Sequence record: MZ501109
Origin: Escherichia phage TrudiRoth
Strand: one strand, 5' to 3'
Length of the DNA stretch: 64,000 bases
The notes beneath the pieces were generated by a model, which saw only the letters and a list, made by a program, of their open reading frames with translations, did no database searches and was not told where the DNA came from. Every line of letters begins with the position of its first letter. Positions within the stretch are counted from its first letter, which is position 1. This document shows, in pieces, positions 10,817-19,314 of the stretch. The translations under genes were made by a program, and so were the position numbers.

Positions 10817-11292
10817 TGTCGGTTTTCCACATATATACAGATGGTGCATGTAAAGGCAATCCTGGTTTAGGTGCGTGGGGATTCGTTGTCTATAATGATA
10901 ATGATGATCGTATTGGCTCTAAATCTGGCTTCAGCCCTAAAACTACTAATAACGAAATGGAACTTACTGCAATTGTAGAAGTTCTTCGTTGGTCTACTAA
11001 GAAAGATAATCGTCCAGTAATTATCTACACTGATTCTGCTTACTGCAAAAATGGTATGGAAAGCTGGATGTGGTCTTGGCAGAAGAAAGGCTGGAAGAAG
11101 GGAGATGGTGAAACCCCTCTTAATCTAGAACTCTGGCAAGAAGCATTTAAACTAACCCAACAGTACATTAACTTCCATGATACCAATCCAACCTTTGTTA
11201 AGGTTAAAGGTCACTCAGGTATTCGTGGTAATGAAGAAGTTGATGCTCTATGCAATACTGTAATTACTGAGCAAGAACTTGCTGAGATGTAA
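10816..11292 (+). CDS. rnhA: ribonuclease H
   Basis: RNase HI motifs HIYTDGACKGNPG, ELTAIVE, IYTDSAY, HSGIRGNEEVDAL; ORF opens at TTG 10804, ATG 10816 follows GGAG. Confidence 0.85.
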   Translation: MSVFHIYTDGACKGNPGLGAWGFVVYNDNDDRIGSKSGFSPKTTNNEMELTAIVEVLRWSTKKDNRPVIIYTDSAYCKNGMESWMWSWQKKGWKKGDGETPLNLELWQEAFKLTQQYINFHDTNPTFVKVKGHSGIRGNEEVDALCNTVITEQELAEM

Positions 11293-11312
11293 TAAATAAA
11301 TTAAAAATTCAC

Positions 11313-11341
11313 TTGCTTAAAGCCCTCGAATTTAGTATAAT
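11313..11341 (+). promoter_or_regulatory. sigma70-type early promoter
   Basis: -35 TTGCTT, 17 bp, -10 TATAAT inside the conserved AAAAATTCA-TTGCT cassette. Confidence 0.65.
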
Positions 11342-11368
11342 ATTCGTATTGAAAGTGAGGAGGGCTTT

Positions 11369-11647
11369 ATGCGAATTTACAACTCAAATTCATTAGGATT
11401 TAAACCTTTGAGAAAACGCGCACAATCTCCGCGTCAGATCAGAAAGGCAAATATTGGTGAGCCAGAAACTAGGCTTCCACCACCTCCGGAGCAACGTCTA
11501 GTTTACCTAGATGAAGAGTTAGCCGAAAGGGAACGCAAAGCTCAAGAAGAAATTGAGCGTAAGAAACTGTGTACTGCTCCTGCGTATAACAAGGGTGGTT
11601 ATCAATACGTTTCCAGTGAGGAACAAGCTAAGATGATCGGCAGATAA
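11369..11647 (+). CDS. hypothetical protein
   Basis: 92-aa ORF behind promoter 11313-11341 and RBS GAGGAGGG. Confidence 0.45.
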   Translation: MRIYNSNSLGFKPLRKRAQSPRQIRKANIGEPETRLPPPPEQRLVYLDEELAERERKAQEEIERKKLCTAPAYNKGGYQYVSSEEQAKMIGR

Positions 11648-11663
11648 TTTTTAAAAAATTCAT

Positions 11664-11692
11664 TTGCTAAACGCTTCAAAATTTAGTATAAT
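11664..11692 (+). promoter_or_regulatory. sigma70-type early promoter
   Basis: -35 TTGCTA, 17 bp, -10 TATAAT. Confidence 0.65.
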
Positions 11693-11730
11693 ATATCTCA
11701 TAAATTGATCAACAAAAAGGAAAACAAATA

Positions 11731-12246
11731 ATGGCTAAGCAGAAAAACGCAAAAACTCAGGCAGCTCCGGCAGTTAAAACTTTCGCTCAGACCGAAGCCA
11801 ATCGTAAGGCTCGTCTGGAACGTCATCTGCGTAAGCATCCTAGCGATGCTCAGGCTCAGACTGCTCTGAAGTCTCCGGTTCCGATTCGTCAGAAGCCGAA
11901 GGCTAAGAACTCCACTCGCGCAACTGCTAAGCAGGTTGTGTTCATCAAGGGTGAAGGTCATAAGTCTGTACCGGTAACTCTGAGCTTTAACGGAGGTGCT
12001 GAGATGTTCGCCCGCAACGGTATGGCTCTGAAAGATTACGAAAAAGCAGTCAATCAGAAGCGTAAGCCAATGGCTGACGTAATGCGTGAATCCCGTGGAC
12101 AGTTTGGCTCCGTTAAACCGAATATCTTCGGGGTAGAGTATAGCCGTGACAACGTTCGCGCTCTGTGCTATGGTATCGGTATTAAGTTTACTGGTGCTTC
12201 TGATCGTAAATCCACTAAACCTGCTCGTAAGCGTAAAGCGAAGTAA
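11731..12246 (+). CDS. hypothetical basic protein
   Basis: 171 aa, Lys/Arg-rich, own promoter and RBS, terminator follows; the overlapping - strand ORF is treated as a shadow. Confidence 0.5.
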   Translation: MAKQKNAKTQAAPAVKTFAQTEANRKARLERHLRKHPSDAQAQTALKSPVPIRQKPKAKNSTRATAKQVVFIKGEGHKSVPVTLSFNGGAEMFARNGMALKDYEKAVNQKRKPMADVMRESRGQFGSVKPNIFGVEYSRDNVRALCYGIGIKFTGASDRKSTKPARKRKAK

Positions 12247-12252
12247 TGATTG

Positions 12253-12270
12253 ATGGGGCGAAAGCCCCAT
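12253..12270 (+). terminator. GAAA-tetraloop hairpin (weak terminator or RNA-end element)
   Basis: AUGGGGC-GAAA-GCCCCAU with no clear U-tract. Confidence 0.4.
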
Positions 12271-12307
12271 ATACTAACTCTTTCTCTGACTAATTAAGGA
12301 TATTTTT

Positions 12308-12523
12308 ATGTTCTCTAAGAAACCACGTTCCGTTACTGAAATCGTTGCTTCCTTTACCACTATTACTGATGAACTTCAAGCTCGTATTGAAGCTGACCAG
12401 AAAACTGCTGCTGATATTCAGAAACAGCAGGAAGAACTCGCTCTGAAACTGGCTGAAACCAATAAGAGTGAAAAATCTGCTCAAACTATTAAGGAAAATA
12501 TCCTTAAACTGCTGGGCAAGTAA
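12308..12523 (+). CDS. hypothetical protein
   Basis: 71 aa, coiled-coil-like, flanked by two GGGGCGAAAGCCCC hairpins. Confidence 0.45.
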   Translation: MFSKKPRSVTEIVASFTTITDELQARIEADQKTAADIQKQQEELALKLAETNKSEKSAQTIKENILKLLGK

Positions 12524-12532
12524 TTTAAATCA

Positions 12533-12556
12533 GGGGGCGAAAGCCCCTCTTATTTG
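12533..12556 (+). terminator. rho-independent terminator
   Basis: GGGGGC-GAAA-GCCCCU followed by CUUAUUU. Confidence 0.55.
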
Positions 12557-12564
12557 GAGAAACT

Positions 12565-12777
12565 ATGCGTAACTTCGTTGCAAAGAATGATTTTAACCGT
12601 GCTAGCACTCACAAGTCTGCTAGAGACTACACTCGTCTTTCTAAACATGAGCTTCTAGAAGAAATCATGGAAGAAAACTGGGATGTTAGTGAAAATGGAA
12701 CAGACCTGTTTGAAGAAGGGGAACTTCCTCTGAAAGACCCCAAACAGTGGGAGTCTATTAAAGAGACAGCTCTTTAA
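12565..12777 (+). CDS. hypothetical acidic protein
   Basis: 70-aa ORF. Confidence 0.45.
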   Translation: MRNFVAKNDFNRASTHKSARDYTRLSKHELLEEIMEENWDVSENGTDLFEEGELPLKDPKQWESIKETAL

Positions 12778-12807
12778 TAGTTTTCTACAACAATAAAGGA
12801 CATAATT

Positions 12808-13509
12808 ATGAAATTCAAGCCCTTTGGTATGCTGGACATTGAATCTCTAGGTACTCCAGGAAATTGCGGTACTACTCATATTGCAATGCCTTCTTTCGCT
12901 TTTGTAGCGATGCACGGAATTGATAAAGATCCTGATCTGGTATTCGTTACTCTAGACGTTCAAGATCAGCTTAATGCGGGTGCTAAGGTAACTGCCTCTA
13001 CTATTGCATTCTGGATGGATCAAGCTAAAAACAGTCCATCTGCGCTCCATATTATGGAGGCTCTAAATGGTCGTAATCCTAAACTGATTGCCTTCCGTGA
13101 TGGTAAGCATCACTGCACTAATGACGTAGGCTCTAATTATGCTGCCTTCTCTATGGCTCAGAACATTATGGAATTGTCTCTAGGAGATAATGCTCTGTAT
13201 TACGGCAATGGCCCAGAGTTTGATATGACTATCTACTCTGCAAATACGTTCCATGCCGGAACCCATGAAGAAGTAGTTCCGTGGAAATTCTGGAACTTAG
13301 GTAATGTTCGATCTTTCCGTAATCAATGGATGCAAGCTGGTTATAGTTATAAAGATCTAGAAGCCGAAGGTGCTAGCTGGGCAAAAGCTAAAATGGAAAA
13401 GATGGATACCATTCGTTATGGAATCTATCCAGTTAAACATGATCCAGCATTCGATGCTTTAGTTGAAAGTTATTGTGTAGCCATCATGATCGAAAAAATC
13501 AAAATTTGA
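12808..13509 (+). CDS. DEDDh-type 3'-5' exonuclease-like protein (putative)
   Basis: Exo I-like LDIESLG, Exo II-like GNGPEFD, Exo III-like KHDPAFDAL. Confidence 0.5.
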   Translation: MKFKPFGMLDIESLGTPGNCGTTHIAMPSFAFVAMHGIDKDPDLVFVTLDVQDQLNAGAKVTASTIAFWMDQAKNSPSALHIMEALNGRNPKLIAFRDGKHHCTNDVGSNYAAFSMAQNIMELSLGDNALYYGNGPEFDMTIYSANTFHAGTHEEVVPWKFWNLGNVRSFRNQWMQAGYSYKDLEAEGASWAKAKMEKMDTIRYGIYPVKHDPAFDALVESYCVAIMIEKIKI

Positions 13510-13510
13510 T

Positions 13511-13539
13511 TTGCTTTCAGCTCCAAAATTCTGTATAAT
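13511..13539 (+). promoter_or_regulatory. sigma70-type early promoter
   Basis: -35 TTGCTT, 17 bp, -10 TATAAT. Confidence 0.65.
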
Positions 13540-13579
13540 ATATTCATAAATTTGAGAGAACAACAAAAGGAAAATAATT

Positions 13580-13762
13580 ATGCCAGTATCTAAAAACGTC
13601 CGTAAAAATGGTAAAGTAGCAAAACGTAACCTGGGTCTGCGTCGTATGGCTGAGCGTCAGTCCGGCATCCAGAAAATCTTTAATGTACTGAATCGCACCA
13701 ACCCGAATATTGATAACAGTTCTGATACTGTTCTGCGCACTCTGCTCGCAATCGGTCTGTAA
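13580..13762 (+). CDS. hypothetical protein
   Basis: 60-aa basic ORF behind promoter 13511-13539. Confidence 0.4.
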   Translation: MPVSKNVRKNGKVAKRNLGLRRMAERQSGIQKIFNVLNRTNPNIDNSSDTVLRTLLAIGL

Positions 13763-13816
13763 TAGACCGTTTTTAAAACAAGTTCAAATCTCAAACTTCA
13801 TATAAGGAAGCAAATA

Positions 13817-14455
13817 ATGACTACTCGTATCTCTAAAACTCGTGCTCTGGCAACTATCAAGTCTCTGGAAGCTAAAATCCGTAAAGCTACTGAACAACAG
13901 CTTTTGATTGCTGTTGGTGAAGGTAAAGACAAGAATCAAGTTGTCGTTGGTGCTGCAATCGAAGTAGATGCTCTGTCTACTCGTATTAAAACTGATTTCC
14001 AGTCTCTGCTGGATATGATGACCCAGCGTGATCATCTGAAAGCAGCGCTGATCAAGAGCAATGCTGAAACTGTTGTAGAGATCGGTTCCCGCTCTATGAC
14101 TGTTGCGGAAGCAATCGAAGCTAAGCGTTCTATGGAACTCAAAGCTCAGTTGCTGGCTAACATGCGTAAGCAGTTCCATGCTGCTACTGTTAAGTTTAAC
14201 ACTCAAAAGGCTCAGTTTGATGCCAAGTATGAGCGTTTGCAGGATACCATGGCTACCCGTGACAAGAAGACTTCCGAGGATGAAGTTAAGATGCAGCTTA
14301 ACCTGCTGGAACTCAAGAACACTCCGTTCCTGATCGATCCGCTGGAGCTGGAAAAGCTGATCAAGCAACACGACGAAGAGTACCAGGACTTTGCAACCAA
14401 CGTTGACTTTGTTCTGTCTGAGTCCAACGCCTCTACTTTTATCGAAGTAGAGTAA
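13817..14455 (+). CDS. hypothetical coiled-coil protein
   Basis: 212 aa with RBS; the overlapping - strand ORF is treated as a shadow. Confidence 0.5.
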   Translation: MTTRISKTRALATIKSLEAKIRKATEQQLLIAVGEGKDKNQVVVGAAIEVDALSTRIKTDFQSLLDMMTQRDHLKAALIKSNAETVVEIGSRSMTVAEAIEAKRSMELKAQLLANMRKQFHAATVKFNTQKAQFDAKYERLQDTMATRDKKTSEDEVKMQLNLLELKNTPFLIDPLELEKLIKQHDEEYQDFATNVDFVLSESNASTFIEVE

Positions 14456-14838
14456 TAATTTAAAAGACTAGTAAATCGGTAGACGAAAGCCCAAGCATCT
14501 TACCTCGCAGCAGCGGTTGAAATACGAGGTTAAATAAGACCGCTGACCATACTATAAAGTATAATCTATTGGAGATTATGTTTATTACATCAGACATTTA
14601 ATCTGACACGTAAAAACAAAAGGTCGTTGGTAGTACCAACACAACTTCAAAGATCAACGCTCAAGTATGAAAGCTGAAAAGTTAAAAGCACTCAAACTTC
14701 TAACCTTCTAAAGCTAAAAGATGCAAAGTATTCGTTGATGATTCAAACCCTAGATCAAAGGTACATGGCTCATAAGATATGGCCTGTGGCGCCTCTAGGC
14801 TGTTTATCGGTTTACTAGTCTCTCAATTTAAAAATGTA

Positions 14839-14867
14839 TTTGCTAATTAGTTTAGTTTTCTATATAA
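14839..14867 (+). promoter_or_regulatory. sigma70-type early promoter
   Basis: -35 TTGCTA, 17 bp, -10 TATAAT. Confidence 0.6.
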
Positions 14868-14898
14868 TATATTTTTAAATTGATGAGACGAGGCTATT

Positions 14899-15216
14899 AT
14901 GATTTTTCATATTCTGATTGATGATGTGCGTAACCTTCATGGAATGGACATTATCATTCGAACCCCCGAAGCCGCTGTTGAGTTTCTGAATAAAACCGAT
15001 ACCACAGGTCATTTCGTTTATATGGATAACGATCTGGCTGTAGATGGTATGGAAGGTTATCAAATTCTTCGTTTACTCCTAGAATTTGGTCAGAGACCCA
15101 AGAAAGTGGTACTAGTAACCTCGAACCCAGTAGCTAAAGAGACCATGCGTAATGATCTCTTAGACGAAGGGTATCAAGAAAGCCCTAATCGTATTGAGTA
15201 CGATTGGCCGGAGTAA
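14899..15216 (+). CDS. hypothetical protein
   Basis: 105-aa ORF behind promoter 14839-14867. Confidence 0.45.
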   Translation: MIFHILIDDVRNLHGMDIIIRTPEAAVEFLNKTDTTGHFVYMDNDLAVDGMEGYQILRLLLEFGQRPKKVVLVTSNPVAKETMRNDLLDEGYQESPNRIEYDWPE

Positions 15217-15221
15217 ATAAA

Positions 15222-15671
15222 ATGAAGGCAGCTTTGCTTTTAATAGCTGCCCTAACCTATAGCTTCAATAGTCATGCGACCTACGACTCAAAGCAGATTG
15301 ATTGCATTGCAAAAAATATCTACTTCGAAGCACGAGGTGAGGGCACTAAAGGAATGATCGCAGTTGCACAGGTTACTAAAAACCGTGTTAACTCTGGTAC
15401 TTTTCCTAATTCTTACTGTAAAGTAGTATATCAGTCTAACCAGTTCTCTTGGGTGGCCAAGAGACCAAAAGTTGATAAAACCGATGAGGCTTGGCAAGTT
15501 GCTAAGAATTTAGCTAGAGTGATATACTACGTTGATTTACCACAAGATCCAACACATGGAGCGTTATACTTCCATAGTGGTAAAGATAAACCGTACTGGA
15601 CAAAGAAGTTTAAGAAAACAACGAAGATTCAAGGCCATACGTTCTACAAGCCTGTGGTTAAGAAAACTTAA
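15222..15671 (+). CDS. SleB-like cell wall hydrolase with signal peptide
   Basis: Signal peptide MKAALLLIAALTYSFNSHA and hydrolase motif NIYFEARGEG...VAQVTKNRV; ATG 15222 preferred over TTG 15204. Confidence 0.65.
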   Translation: MKAALLLIAALTYSFNSHATYDSKQIDCIAKNIYFEARGEGTKGMIAVAQVTKNRVNSGTFPNSYCKVVYQSNQFSWVAKRPKVDKTDEAWQVAKNLARVIYYVDLPQDPTHGALYFHSGKDKPYWTKKFKKTTKIQGHTFYKPVVKKT

Positions 15672-15680
15672 AAATTCGAT

Positions 15681-15709
15681 TGCTTAAAGCCTTAAATTTC
15701 TGTATAATA
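15681..15709 (+). promoter_or_regulatory. sigma70-type early promoter
   Basis: -35 TTGCTT, 17 bp, -10 TATAAT. Confidence 0.65.
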
Positions 15710-15739
15710 CTTTCATAAATTAATGAGAGGAAGCGAAAT

Positions 15740-15910
15740 ATGAAATCAGTTGTAATTATTGGTGTTAATACTCGTGGTATCCGTACTACGAAAACAGTTA
15801 AAACTACTAACGTTGCTGAAATTACTACAAACCCTAAGAAGTTTGATTTCGCTAAAGTCTCGGCAGTTATGACAGAACAATCTTTTAACCAAGCACTGGG
15901 AATTAAATAA
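15740..15910 (+). CDS. small hypothetical protein
   Basis: 56-aa ORF (below the track cutoff) behind promoter 15681-15709. Confidence 0.3.
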   Translation: MKSVVIIGVNTRGIRTTKTVKTTNVAEITTNPKKFDFAKVSAVMTEQSFNQALGIK

Positions 15911-16353
15911 TGGAAGAGAATATTCTAGATGTTTTGCGTAGGGCTTTGCAGGAATCTAAGGTTGATGGTTCTGATAAAGAAGTAGCTAAAAGCTACCAGA
16001 CCATAATCGGAGATCTTCAGCGTGTTGATAAAGACTTCATTACTTCTGAACAGTTTGTATCTTATATAAAAGCTCAACTGAAAAGCATTAATCAGACGAA
16101 AGCTAAACTTCACGGTCAAGACCTTGATAATTATAGCTTGCAGTCTGCTCAGTATGAGTATATACTGAACAAATGGCTACAACAGTATCTGCCGCCTCAG
16201 TTATCTGATTCTGAGATTCGCAAATACTTTGCAGAATTAGTTAAGTTGAACCCTGGGATTACAAAAGGTATGCTGATGAAAGCGATTAAGGAAGAGTTTC
16301 CTGGTCGTTACGACGGTGGCATTGCTGCTCAGGTTGCTGGCGAATTTAATTAA
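15910..16353 (+). CDS. GatB/YqeY-domain-like protein (putative)
   Basis: C-terminal SDSEIRKYFAELVKLNPGITKGMLMKAIKEEFPGRYDG resembles the YqeY domain. Confidence 0.45.
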   Translation: MEENILDVLRRALQESKVDGSDKEVAKSYQTIIGDLQRVDKDFITSEQFVSYIKAQLKSINQTKAKLHGQDLDNYSLQSAQYEYILNKWLQQYLPPQLSDSEIRKYFAELVKLNPGITKGMLMKAIKEEFPGRYDGGIAAQVAGEFN

Positions 16354-16361
16354 AAATTGAT

Positions 16362-16390
16362 TTGCTAAACGCCTCAAAATTCTGTATAAT
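16362..16390 (+). promoter_or_regulatory. sigma70-type early promoter driving an ORF-free region
   Basis: -35 TTGCTA, 17 bp, -10 TATAAT; no ORF of 60 aa or more for about 880 nt downstream. Confidence 0.65.
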
Positions 16391-17276
16391 AGATTCATAA
16401 ATTAGAGAACAGCGAGCCGATTACGCTGAGTGAGTTTAGTGATTCCTACTAGGATAGCTATTCCACTGAATAGAGTCGGTGAGTTTAGAATGATCACCTG
16501 TTAGAGTTCCGAGTCCAGTCCGGTATATCCGGCCAAGTGACTAGAGTAACGAATATAGGTTCGAGACTTCTTGTAAAACTCGGGAGCTGTCCCGAAATCT
16601 CGTAAACTCTTCTCTAGTTTATGTTAGTGGGGTGTCGAACTGACTTATGTGATAACACTGCCGTCCTAGTATAAACGGTAATATCAAACCGTAACTGGTG
16701 GAAGATGCAGGTTCGAATCCTGCGGTCGGAAAGAATCAGATAACTCGGGCTTATACCGGATAAGCATTCGCTGCTGGAGTACATACTATGACGGTTCAGG
16801 AGGTACGCCACCTGATCAGTATTAGGTTAGAATCGAAACAGCTAAACCACGAGGAAACCTGACGGCCTCAACCAAACTCGGAACTCGGGATCACTGCCTA
16901 GTGTGTGCCCCGTTTAACCTGAGACTAGGCATCCAGCTTCGCATCGAAAATCGGAGGTGCGATTCTAACAGACCGCGTGAATATGAGAGTGGGAAACGCT
17001 GACATGAGAGATGTCACTAATGGTGCCCAATAGTACAGGTAATTCGCGATAATTCCTGTTGAGCGGCAGCAGTAGGCTGGGAGTCATGACCTAAGCCTAA
17101 CCGAGTTCTTCACATACGGAGAACATAACCACAAAGTCACCCTGACTTAAACTGGAAGATATTGTCTGACGGAAGGGCTGCAGAGCTTAATCTGAGGGGG
17201 CTGACCCTACCTACCATCGGGTATCTTTAAGAGCTTTTTCGAGAGTTCTTAAAAATACCTAACAAAAGGAATCAAT

Positions 17277-17786
17277 ATGAATCTAGGAACAACTTGTATC
17301 TTTGATCATCAAGAAATGTGTTGCCCTCGTATTCTGCATATAGCACATTTCTCTGAACGATTGACACTTGATCAAGCTCGCGAGAAAATGAGTGAGATTA
17401 CAGGATATAATTTTCGAGAAGGTGAATACTTTAGCGTAGCTTTGGATTACATCGACAATACTCGTCTTTATCACCTAGTTCAGCTTGGTGAAGAAACTGA
17501 TGAAGTAAAAATGGCGAAAGATACATTACGTCGTTATCGCCCGCAGATTCTAGAGAGTACACTTCGCGGAGAGCCTAGTGATTACTTCTATATGCGCTGT
17601 TATGACGCAGATGCACAAGAATACATGGCACATCAACGTTTCTACCACGATATTAAAGAGTTCGTTAATATCAAGTATGACAAGCTATTGATTGACTCTA
17701 AAGCACAACGTGCAGCTAAAAATGCTGAGAAATCTGCTAAAGAAGCTGTTGAAAGTCAAACTAAATTGAATAAAGTCATTAAATGA
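17277..17786 (+). CDS. hypothetical protein
   Basis: 169-aa ORF with RBS AAGGAA after the ORF-free region. Confidence 0.5.
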   Translation: MNLGTTCIFDHQEMCCPRILHIAHFSERLTLDQAREKMSEITGYNFREGEYFSVALDYIDNTRLYHLVQLGEETDEVKMAKDTLRRYRPQILESTLRGEPSDYFYMRCYDADAQEYMAHQRFYHDIKEFVNIKYDKLLIDSKAQRAAKNAEKSAKEAVESQTKLNKVIK

Positions 17787-17794
17787 TTAACTTT

Positions 17795-17869
17795 CGGGGT
17801 GTAGTCTAAGGGATAGGCAGGAGTCTTCTAAATTCCTTTATGCAGGTTCGAATCCTGTCACCTCGGCCA
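17795..17869 (+). tRNA. tRNA-Arg (anticodon UCU)
   Basis: Hand-folded: acceptor CGGGGUG/CACCUCG, anticodon loop CUUCUAA, T-arm GCAGG-UUCGAAU-CCUGU, encoded CCA. Confidence 0.7.
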
Positions 17870-17895
17870 ATTTTATTAACTGCTAGGAAAATAAA

Positions 17896-18096
17896 GTGAA
17901 AACACGATATATAGTAAAAGTAGTAGGTGAACATTCACAAGTAAATACCACCGATGTTACAGCGCTAGCATTTGAAGTAGTCTCCGGTATAGTCATATTT
18001 CATAACGGAGATATCAAAGCTCCTGAATTTGCTGTGGATGCTAGCCTGTTTATTTCTGCAACTAAAGTAACTGTAGTAGCTAACTCTTCTAAATAA
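17896..18096 (+). CDS. hypothetical protein
   Basis: 66-aa ORF with GTG start after tRNA-Arg. Confidence 0.3.
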   Translation: MKTRYIVKVVGEHSQVNTTDVTALAFEVVSGIVIFHNGDIKAPEFAVDASLFISATKVTVVANSSK

Positions 18097-18107
18097 TAAG
18101 GAAATAT

Positions 18108-19052
18108 ATGTTTACTAAAAACACTAAAGAACTGACTTCCGATCAAAAAGTAATTCGTACTATTAAACGTTGGGGCGTTGGTGCTGTAGTTGGTCTTGGC
18201 GCTCTTATTCTGGCTCTCAATTCCTATACAGTTGTTCAGGACGGTACGGTTAAAACTCAGACTTTCCTGGGTAAAGTTAGTCCTAATCCTGTATTGCCGG
18301 GGTTCCATATTGTCAACCCATTCGCCTCTTTTGATACTTTTAGTACGAAAGATATTTCTATGAAACTGGATAAACTTCAGGTTCCTAGCCAGGATAAGTT
18401 TAAGTCCACTGTTGACATTACCGTTATGTTGCAGTTTGATGGTGCTAAAGCTCCTATGAACCGTGTTAACGCAGGTACTCAGGATCAAGCTCTGAACAAG
18501 TACGTTGAAGAGAAGATGCTATCTACGATTCGTGAGTTTGGTAAGTCTGTACCAAAAGCACAAGATCTGTTCGACGCTAAGATTCAGGCTCAACTGCAAA
18601 CTGCTATTCAGCAAGAAGTAGAAGAGTACGCGCGTCCTTATGGTTACACGGTTAAGCAAGTATTCCTTCAGGATATTACTCTGCCACCTGTAATCATGGA
18701 ACAGGTACAAAACACAAAAGTTCGTGAAGAACAAGTTAACGCCGCTAAAGCTGAATTGGCTCGTGTTGAACAAGAAGCACAGCAGAAAGTTAAGCAAGCT
18801 GAAGCTGATCGTTCTGCTCGTGAAAACATGGCAGTAGCTAACGAACGTGACGCAGATGCTAAACTGTACGCAGCTAAGAAAGAAGCTGAAGCTAACGCCG
18901 CGCTGCAACGTACCATTACTCCTGAAATGATTCGTTGGAAGCAGCTGGAAGTTGAAATGCTTCGTGCTGAAAAATACCAAGGTGGTGTACCGCAGACTGT
19001 TGTTGGTACTGGCTACGATGGTCAAATGATCATGGATATGCGTAACAAGTAA
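18108..19052 (+). CDS. SPFH/band-7 (prohibitin/HflK-like) membrane protein
   Basis: N-terminal TM segment, SPFH core and long Ala/Glu/Gln-rich coiled coil; strong terminator follows. Confidence 0.75.
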   Translation: MFTKNTKELTSDQKVIRTIKRWGVGAVVGLGALILALNSYTVVQDGTVKTQTFLGKVSPNPVLPGFHIVNPFASFDTFSTKDISMKLDKLQVPSQDKFKSTVDITVMLQFDGAKAPMNRVNAGTQDQALNKYVEEKMLSTIREFGKSVPKAQDLFDAKIQAQLQTAIQQEVEEYARPYGYTVKQVFLQDITLPPVIMEQVQNTKVREEQVNAAKAELARVEQEAQQKVKQAEADRSARENMAVANERDADAKLYAAKKEAEANAALQRTITPEMIRWKQLEVEMLRAEKYQGGVPQTVVGTGYDGQMIMDMRNK

Positions 19053-19075
19053 TAGTTACACGTAATCTTCGAACC

Positions 19076-19110
19076 AAGCCCGCGTTTCCTCTGAGAGCGC
19101 GGGCTTTTCT
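19076..19110 (+). terminator. rho-independent terminator after the SPFH gene
   Basis: 9-bp stem AAGCCCGCG/CGCGGGCUU then UUUU. Confidence 0.75.
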
Positions 19111-19255
19111 GTATTTAAGGCAAAAGAAAAGCCCATAAGTTATTCAACTAAGGTCTTTAGTATTTAATTCTTTAGAATCATATACTATTATTTCAGCAAC
19201 AACGTGCTGCCCTTAAGTGCCCTGCGATTTTCCTCTAAAAAGTTAAAAAATTCGA

Positions 19256-19284
19256 TTGCTTGAATGCTAAATTCTCTGTATAAT
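19256..19284 (+). promoter_or_regulatory. sigma70-type early promoter
   Basis: -35 TTGCTT, 17 bp, -10 TATAAT upstream of nadR. Confidence 0.65.
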
Positions 19285-19314
19285 ATATTTATAAATTTGA
19301 GAGAGGAATCAAAT

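Noticed and set aside
11698-12270. 190-aa - strand ORF overlapping the + strand ORF 11731..12246
   Set aside because: The + strand ORF has a promoter, RBS and terminator in the right places and the whole region is + strand transcribed; the - strand ORF has none of these and looks like a shadow frame.
13784-14371. 195-aa - strand ORF overlapping ORF 13817..14455
   Set aside because: Antisense shadow of a + strand gene with RBS; no promoter or RBS on the - strand.
16650-16730. Canonical tRNA at the T-loop motif in the ORF-free region
   Set aside because: GCAGG-TTCGAAT-CCTGC is present, but no 7-bp acceptor partner or CCA could be found; treated as part of a larger structured element.
18000-19025. 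- strand ORFs (162, 168 and 82 aa) inside the SPFH gene
   Set aside because: Low-complexity translations of the antisense strand of a well-supported + strand gene.
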